Below are positions 25,955-31,430 of a stretch of DNA of 32,000 bases, piece after piece. The stretch lies in contig CAZETV010000001.1 in NCBI GenBank assembly GCA_964514965.1, forward strand, positions 993,063 to 1,025,062, in the 5' to 3' direction. The DNA comes from Candidatus Hadarchaeota archaeon. Its GTDB lineage: Archaea; Hadarchaeota; Hadarchaeia; Hadarchaeales; Hadarchaeaceae. The position numbers and the translations under genes were made by a program. Below the pieces are notes generated by a model. That model did no database searches. It saw only the letters and a list, made by a program, of their open reading frames with translations, and had not been told where the DNA came from. Position 1 is the stretch's first letter. Every line of letters starts with the position of its first letter.

Positions 25955-26680
25955 TCATGAAGTTGATTTTTTAGTTCTCATTTCCACGAGTTTTCTGGCC
26001 AACGCCTTGATAGCCTTTGAAGCAAGTGAGTTTGGGGTTGCATCGACCGCGATTTTTCCTGAGTTGAAAGCTTTTTTGATGTTTATATCTTCGGGCACCT
26101 CCGCTAGCACTGGCAGGTTGAGTAGATGCCCAATTTCCGAGCTCGTGAGTTCAAATTCCTCTCGAAGTACACGGTTGACGACGACACCAATGGACTTTAA
26201 ACCCAAAAAATCCGCAATCAAGCGGGTCTTCATCATGTCTGAAGCTGCCGCAATTTCGGGAAGAGTGATCAATAACACTTCCTGTCCCGCGCGGAGCGCT
26301 GCAATAGTTTCGCGCCGTAACCCGCTGGGCGCATCGATGAGCAGAAAATCTGCATTTATCGATAATTCTTTCAATATCCCCGGTAAACGGTTGGGCAATG
26401 CTTTTTTTACTTGATTGAGCGTGACTCCCGCGGGTATTATTTTTAGACCAGAGGGCCCCTGATAGATGACATCATTCAATGGAATCTCGCCGGCGAGCAC
26501 ATCATTCAAGGTGTAAGGTACCTTCTCAAGCTTGAACATCGTACCGAGATTTGGGGTCGTCAAACTTGCATCCAAAACTATGGCCTTTTTACCCATTTTG
26601 GCGATCGCGAGGCCAAGATTCGCAGTTAGAGTACTACGCCCTACGCCCCCCTTGCCGGATCCAAGCACGATTCGGCGCAC
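25955..26680 (-). CDS. MinD/ParA-family ATPase paralog with degenerate catalytic motifs
   Basis: From GTG 26680 the protein reads (M)RRIVLGSGKGGVGRSTLTANLG. Walker A has Arg where the P-loop Lys is expected. LDASLTTPNLG has Ser where the second Walker A' Asp is expected. Walker B is LLIDAPSG. The 61-aa N-terminal extension in the track ORF (to 26863) is AT-rich and has no MinD counterpart, so it is probably not coding. Confidence 0.75.
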   Translation of the reverse strand: MRRIVLGSGKGGVGRSTLTANLGLAIAKMGKKAIVLDASLTTPNLGTMFKLEKVPYTLNDVLAGEIPLNDVIYQGPSGLKIIPAGVTLNQVKKALPNRLPGILKELSINADFLLIDAPSGLRRETIAALRAGQEVLLITLPEIAAASDMMKTRLIADFLGLKSIGVVVNRVLREEFELTSSEIGHLLNLPVLAEVPEDINIKKAFNSGKIAVDATPNSLASKAIKALARKLVEMRTKKSTS

Positions 26681-26844
26681 GTGATGCCCATAAGAAACAT
26701 TAGCTCGCCCGATTAAGAATAATGCGGTAGGGCCAATTTTTAAATAAATCAATGCTATTTTTTTAGGAGATTGATTGATAAAAATAGGTGAAATTTGGAT
26801 AAATTGGTCATTAAAAACGCATCTTTGTAGGATTTGAAGCTTTG

Positions 26845-28131
26845 TTGAATAAGTATTTCTCACCTCCTACTTTTGCAACACGGGGGCGACTTTTTCAACA
26901 ACATTAATCCCCAGCTCAAAGGATTCCTGAATCAGAACGCAGACGTTATGGCACAACAATTTTAACAATACCTCGTTTAGCTGGGCGGTCTTCGTCTTGC
27001 TTCTCACCGAGTCGCCGAACTTTGCCTTAACCATGTGGAAAACCGTTTCAACATTCGACCGCTTGTGGTAGTGGGTTAAAAATTCCTCACGGTTGAATTG
27101 GAAGTAATGGAACATTTTGGCCCATATCATCGAACCCCTCGCTTTTCCCGTTGTGCCTTGCTTGAACGGGATAAACGCCTCGCCTCCGAGTTTCCCGACC
27201 ACCTCAAGGTTATCCCTCGCTAAGTAACCCATGTCGGCTGAAACCTCCTTTATCTGGAAGTTCTGCGCCGTGTCTTCTATCAATCCCTTGAACTGTGGCG
27301 AATCCGCACCCGTTGATTCGGTGAGCTTGACCGCCGTGACGATATTCGTTTTTGTTCCACAGGCGATATGCGCCTTTATCCACATTCGAGAATCGATGAC
27401 CTTACCATATTTGAAACTGAACCATCGGTCAAATCTCGAAGTGCTGAAACCTGAGCTATCAACCGCAAAATCACTTTCGACCGAAGCAAGGGGTATGCTA
27501 CTTTGCTTAATCAAATTCATCAGGATCGGCGTTAGTTCCTCTTTCTCCATGTATCTTGCTACCGTGCTGTAATGCACAACCCCGTCTATGTATTTCTTCT
27601 CGTTTGCGGTTTTCATGAGGTTGGCGAACCTCCGCAGGGAAAAGGTCGAATAGACTTTCAAGGCACTCACGAAAACCATGTCCGACATCGGCACGGTTGG
27701 CCTGCCGAAGACGTAGGGTTTGTTCTGTATGCCGCCGCAAAGGTCTGAAAGATAGCGCATGAAAAACTCTCCCTCATGAGTTTGCGCCTTGTCGTATGCC
27801 GACCAATCCTGCGCATAAGTAACCTTGACCGCTTTCGTCACGGTCTTGTTACCTTCCGAATCAGTAACAATCTTGCAGTAATATTCAACGGCCCAGATGT
27901 GCTTGCATTTTGTATGTCGGGTTTGGCAGTCTGGGCAGTCACAAACGCTTTCTAATCCTCCTGTTTCTACGTGATAAACCCCGTGTCCCGTCTGGCTTGG
28001 GACAACCCACTTCATACCTTCCCTAATTATTCTTGAGGACTTGGCAATTGCCAAACCTCGTTGTTGTCGTTCGTCCATCTTTACCACCTATACGTATAAT
28101 ACGTATGGTATTAAGTATTTATACTTATCCA
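26845..28131 (-). mobile_element. Probable IS element carrying the SWIM-DDE transposase; ends not resolved
   Basis: There is one transposase ORF. An imperfect inverted match is GAATAAGTAT (26849 region) against the reverse complement of ATACTTATCC (28121-28130). I found no target-site duplication, so the boundaries are tentative. Confidence 0.35.
26867..28078 (-). CDS. DDE transposase (IS4/IS5-superfamily YREK signature) with an N-terminal SWIM-type zinc finger
   Basis: CDCPDCQTRHTKCKHIWAV is SWIM-like (CxCx..CxH). The DDE candidates are FAVDSSGFS, VSADMGYLARDN and YHKRSNVETVFHMVK, the last giving Y-2-R-3-E-6-K. ATG 28078 has an upstream GGTGG; the track start is GTG 28087. Confidence 0.8.
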   Translation of the reverse strand: MDERQQRGLAIAKSSRIIREGMKWVVPSQTGHGVYHVETGGLESVCDCPDCQTRHTKCKHIWAVEYYCKIVTDSEGNKTVTKAVKVTYAQDWSAYDKAQTHEGEFFMRYLSDLCGGIQNKPYVFGRPTVPMSDMVFVSALKVYSTFSLRRFANLMKTANEKKYIDGVVHYSTVARYMEKEELTPILMNLIKQSSIPLASVESDFAVDSSGFSTSRFDRWFSFKYGKVIDSRMWIKAHIACGTKTNIVTAVKLTESTGADSPQFKGLIEDTAQNFQIKEVSADMGYLARDNLEVVGKLGGEAFIPFKQGTTGKARGSMIWAKMFHYFQFNREEFLTHYHKRSNVETVFHMVKAKFGDSVRSKTKTAQLNEVLLKLLCHNVCVLIQESFELGINVVEKVAPVLQK

Positions 28132-28143
28132 TATAATACGTAT
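28089..28143. promoter_or_regulatory. Cluster of ATACGTAT palindromes (candidate operator) upstream of the RHH-nuclease-methylase operon
   Basis: TATACGTATA at 28089-28098, ATACGTAT at 28099-28106 and ATACGTAT at 28136-28143. The 11-mer ATAATACGTAT is repeated at 28096 and 28133. An inverted repeat AAGTAT-TT-ATACTT lies at 28114-28127. All of these sit between the divergent transposase start and ATG 28147. Confidence 0.45.
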
Positions 28144-28146
28144 TGT

Positions 28147-28314
28147 ATGTCAAGAACACAAAAACAAGAAAATAAAGCGATACCTAAGACAATTACGATT
28201 TTCCCCGAACATCAAAAATTCATAGACGACACTTCTTTGAACCTTTCTAAATTTGTTCAAAAAAAGATTGACGAAGAAATTGAAACAAGGAGGTCGGCAA
28301 ATGCCAAAAAATAA
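28147..28314 (+). CDS. Small ribbon-helix-helix-like protein (55 aa), candidate controller of the R-M module
   Basis: MSRTQKQENKAIPKTITIFPEHQKFIDDTSLNLSKFVQKKIDEEIETRR fits a beta-strand/helix/helix (CopG/Arc-like) pattern. Its 3' end overlaps the nuclease gene start by 14 nt. The fold is assigned by eye only. Confidence 0.45.
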   Translation: MSRTQKQENKAIPKTITIFPEHQKFIDDTSLNLSKFVQKKIDEEIETRRSANAKK

Positions 28315-28759
28315 ATTCTGCAAACTGGAGAATCTCAGAAATGAAAGCGATGTCGAGCAGTTTTTGGTTTACCCTATGCTCAACGATTTAGGTTATACTG
28401 CGGACTATATTGAAACTAAGGCATCGATAAAACAAGTCAATATTGGAAAAGAAAAAAGGAAACGTGCCTACCGGCCCGACTATGTCTGTTATTCGGACAA
28501 AAAACACCAACACCCCGTTCTAATAGTCGATGCAAAGAATCCCGACGAAGACCCTGAAGACGGAGTAATCGATGCTCAACTTTATGCTTCGGTGATTCGC
28601 AGATCACTGAGTAGACCGAAGCCAGACCAGTTTTGTATAGGAACCAACGGAAGAAAAACGATTATCAAACACTACGACTCAAGCACAACTGAATACACAC
28701 TTGATTTCGCTGAATTAGGTGAGGGAATTCCAGATACGAAGCTTTCAAAAATGACATGA
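28301..28759 (+). CDS. Stand-alone HsdR-N-terminal-like PD-(D/E)xK nuclease domain protein
   Basis: A GGAGG Shine-Dalgarno sequence lies 7 nt before ATG 28301. NESDVEQFLVYPMLNDLGYTADYIE...YRPDYVCY...PVLIVDAKNPDED matches the pattern of the type I restriction enzyme R-protein N-terminal domain (D...D-x-K core). There is no helicase or motor domain. The stop overlaps the next start (ATGA). Confidence 0.65.
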   Translation: MPKNKFCKLENLRNESDVEQFLVYPMLNDLGYTADYIETKASIKQVNIGKEKRKRAYRPDYVCYSDKKHQHPVLIVDAKNPDEDPEDGVIDAQLYASVIRRSLSRPKPDQFCIGTNGRKTIIKHYDSSTTEYTLDFAELGEGIPDTKLSKMT

Positions 28760-30957
28760 ATCGATTTTCCCGGACAAAATCCTCCGTGATGCAGTCGGAA
28801 ATATTCGAATTCAAGAAACCAGATTTGACTGAAATAAAGGGAATCTTTGAAACATGCCATAACATCATTTGGCGGAAAGAGGTAACTAACCCTCAATCAG
28901 CTTTTTATGAGTTTTCGAAATTGATGTTTGTAAAAATAAAAGAGGACAAGAGACTAAGAATGGATGCGGACATGCGCAAACTAATCGACGAAGGTAGACC
29001 GCTACCAATAGATAGAATAAGGTACTGTGTTTCGTGGATTGAACTAAGCGAAGAATCCGAACCGAATCCTATAGACACAATTCTATTTCGCCAACTTCGA
29101 GAGGAAATAGAATTGGAGATTTTGCACAAAAGGAAAAAACGGATGTTTGGGAAGGATGAACGCATAGACCTCAAACCAAGTACTGTTAAAGAAGTAGTCA
29201 GATTAATCGAACATTATGACCTCTACGGAATTGACGAAGACCTCAACGGTAGACTTTTCGAAACGTTTCTGAGTGCAACCATGAGGGGCAAAGAATTAGG
29301 TCAGTTTTTTACGCCGCGGTCAGTGGTTGACTTTATGACCTTGCTTGCAGACCCGTTTGTGGCAAAAGAAAAAATCGATAGCGTCATTGATGCTTGTTGC
29401 GGGACTGGTGGGTTTCTGATAGAAGCTATGGCACAAATGATTGCCAAAGTGCAAAACCCACCCTTATCAAGAACTTTAAGCTTGAAGGAAAGGCACGAAA
29501 TAATGAAGAAAATCAGAGATCAACAACTTATGGGAATCGACTTAGGAAAAAGTCCGCCCGTAGCACGTATAGCAAGGATTAACATGTATTTGCATGGCGA
29601 TGGTGGAAGTCGAATTTATTTTGCTGACGGATTGGACAAACAAGCAAGAATAGAAAAAACACTGGAACCAGAACTAAAAGCAGAGAGAGAAGAATTGCGG
29701 GAGTTATTCGTTGAAAAGAATACAAAATTCCAAATTGCTCTGACAAATCCTCCATTTGCAATGCGTTACAAAAAGGAAGATGCCGACCAAGGGCCAGTGC
29801 TTAAAGAATACTCATTAGCAAAAGATTGTAGTTCCCTAAAGTCCAGTGTGATGTTTCTTGAAAGATATAATGATTTGTTGGAGTCTGGAGGCAAGTTAGT
29901 AACAATAATGGACGAATCCATACTGAATACCGCTGGCGCAGAGCCAATTCGGCGTTGGTTACTCAATAATTATATTATCAGGGCAGTAATTTCATTGCCA
30001 AGAAATACCTTTGTTAAAGCTGAGAGTATTGTGAAAACTTCGATTCTATATCTGGTCAAGAAACAAGACCCTGAAGAACCCCAAGATGAAATTTTCATGG
30101 CAATAAGTGAGAATGTAGGACACGCTGATTCTGGGCGTGAAACACCGGACCTTAGTGATTTGCCCGCAATATTACAAAAATTCAAGGAGTTTGAGCAAGG
30201 GAAGTTGATGGCTTCAAAAAAACCAATGTGCTTTGTTATTACTGGGGAAAACCTACAAACTGAAAATCGGACGCTTAGAATAGACACACAATTCTTTGAC
30301 CCAAGATATCCAAAGACATTAAATATTCTAAAGAAACTCTCTGAAAGAAAGGGATGGAAATTAGAATCCTTGGAATCTTTGCTAAGTAATTCCAAAACAA
30401 ATCTGGCTGGCGGGGCCACACCCCGAGGCGCAAGATATGTGGAGAAGGGCATCCCTTTTATTAGAATTCAAAACGTGAGGCCCAACAAATTAGAATTAGA
30501 TGATGTGAAATACATTATTAGGGCCTTTCACGACGGCGAACTCAAACGATCTCAACTGAAACAAAAAGACGTTCTTTTGACAATCACGGGGAGCTATGGA
30601 ATCTCCGCGGTTGTTCCCGAAGACATGGGCGAAGCCAATATTAACCAGCATGTTGTAAAGCTCGAAGTAAATCGGGAAATAATAAATCCTGAATACCTTG
30701 CTTGTTTTCTCAATACCCAGATGTGTAAACGCCAATTTGACCGCTCCGTAACTGGCGGCACAAGACCAGCACTTGACTATGACGCAATTAAGACCACAAT
30801 GATTCTTTATCCTGTTGATAAAAACTCCCAAGACAAGATAGTCCATAAAGTCTTTGACATCCAGCGAAAAGCAGAATCAATATTTCAAGAAGCAAAAGCA
30901 AAAATGAACGAAAGTAAAGGCGTCTTGTTGAAGTGGGATGACCCCTTCTTGTCATAA
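28756..30957 (+). CDS. N6-adenine DNA methyltransferase (HsdM-like, gamma class) fused to a single HsdS-like target recognition domain
   Basis: QFFTPRSVVDFM (motif X), VIDACCGTGGFLIEA (motif I, SAM binding) and LTNPPFAMRY (motif IV, NPPF). The C-terminal 210 aa or so (from about 30316) resemble one type I S-subunit TRD plus its conserved helix: GGATPRG..YVEKGIPFIRIQNV...INQHVVKL...LDYDAIKTTMILYP...KIVHKVFDIQRKAESIFQEAKAKM. Confidence 0.8.
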   Translation: MNRFSRTKSSVMQSEIFEFKKPDLTEIKGIFETCHNIIWRKEVTNPQSAFYEFSKLMFVKIKEDKRLRMDADMRKLIDEGRPLPIDRIRYCVSWIELSEESEPNPIDTILFRQLREEIELEILHKRKKRMFGKDERIDLKPSTVKEVVRLIEHYDLYGIDEDLNGRLFETFLSATMRGKELGQFFTPRSVVDFMTLLADPFVAKEKIDSVIDACCGTGGFLIEAMAQMIAKVQNPPLSRTLSLKERHEIMKKIRDQQLMGIDLGKSPPVARIARINMYLHGDGGSRIYFADGLDKQARIEKTLEPELKAEREELRELFVEKNTKFQIALTNPPFAMRYKKEDADQGPVLKEYSLAKDCSSLKSSVMFLERYNDLLESGGKLVTIMDESILNTAGAEPIRRWLLNNYIIRAVISLPRNTFVKAESIVKTSILYLVKKQDPEEPQDEIFMAISENVGHADSGRETPDLSDLPAILQKFKEFEQGKLMASKKPMCFVITGENLQTENRTLRIDTQFFDPRYPKTLNILKKLSERKGWKLESLESLLSNSKTNLAGGATPRGARYVEKGIPFIRIQNVRPNKLELDDVKYIIRAFHDGELKRSQLKQKDVLLTITGSYGISAVVPEDMGEANINQHVVKLEVNREIINPEYLACFLNTQMCKRQFDRSVTGGTRPALDYDAIKTTMILYPVDKNSQDKIVHKVFDIQRKAESIFQEAKAKMNESKGVLLKWDDPFLS

Positions 30958-30989
30958 CTCCAAGAAACCCAATTTTAAATCCCAACTCC

Positions 30990-31038
30990 CTTTCTTTACA
31001 CCCGCCCGACTTTCTTTACAGAAGGCACTTTCTTTACA
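30990..31038 (+). repeat. Three direct copies of CTTTCTTTACA (iteron-like), spacing 20 and 18 bp
   Basis: The copies start at 30990, 31010 and 31028. The last is followed by AAGCCAG and, about 20 nt further on, a TATA-like CTTTAAAC (31058-31065) upstream of the 64-aa ORF. Confidence 0.7.
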
Positions 31039-31102
31039 AAGCCAGTGAATAGAAAAACTTTAAACTGAGCCATGATAAAAAAACAGTTGAGGTGAAAACT
31101 AC

Positions 31103-31297
31103 ATGAGAAAAACTAAGTTGTTGAAGATTTACCAAGATAGAAAGTCAGGTGCCTTATTTGTTCGTTCTACCAAAGTCGATGAAAATGACGATTTTGTCCT
31201 TAAGTCTGCCAAAGATGGGAAAGCTTTAGGCCCAAAGAAGACAAGCAACGAAGAACTCGGCATGTGGATTCGTAAAATTCTCGAAAAATGTGAGTAA
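31103..31297 (+). CDS. Hypothetical small protein (64 aa), Lys-rich
   Basis: A GAGGTGA Shine-Dalgarno sequence lies 7 nt before the ATG and a TATA-like element is at the appropriate distance. I recognise no family. Confidence 0.5.
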   Translation: MRKTKLLKIYQDRKSGALFVRSTKVDENDDFVLKSAKDGKALGPKKTSNEELGMWIRKILEKCE

Positions 31298-31316
31298 CCC
31301 TTTTCAAAGCTCACAT

Positions 31317-31350
31317 CGACTTTTGCAACAGAAAACCGACTTTTGCAACA
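31317..31350 (+). repeat. Two direct copies of CGACTTTTGCAACA (iteron-like), spacing 20 bp
   Basis: The copies are at 31317-31330 and 31337-31350. They are followed by AAGCCAGG and a TATA-like TTTATAAA (31371-31378), the same architecture as the module at 30990-31065. Confidence 0.7.
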
Positions 31351-31430
31351 AAGCCAGGATTTGAGGAAAATTTATAAACCAGGAAAAGAGAGGGTACGCT
31401 CATAAAGAGTCGTTTTAGCAGTCATGAGCA

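Noticed and set aside
26681-26863. N-terminal 61-aa extension of the second MinD-like ORF as given in the track
   Set aside because: The extension is AT-rich and has no counterpart in MinD/ParA proteins. An in-frame GTG at 26680 gives the canonical M-R-R-I-V-L-G-S-G-K-G-G start and a length equal to that of the paralog.
28076-28086. ATCTTTACCA at the transposase start as a fourth copy of the CTTTCTTTACA repeat
   Set aside because: Only a 7-mer (TCTTTAC) matches, and several chance occurrences of a 7-mer are expected in 32 kb.
26845-28131. Terminal inverted repeats and target-site duplication of the IS
   Set aside because: The only match is an imperfect one of about 11 in 16 positions (GAATAAGTAT... 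against the reverse complement of ...ATACTTATCC). No flanking direct duplication was found. The boundaries are therefore reported as tentative rather than asserted.
30990-31350. Possible CRISPR array
   Set aside because: There are only 2-3 copies of 11-14 nt repeats with 6-9 nt between them. This is far too short for CRISPR repeats and spacers, and there are no cas genes in the window.
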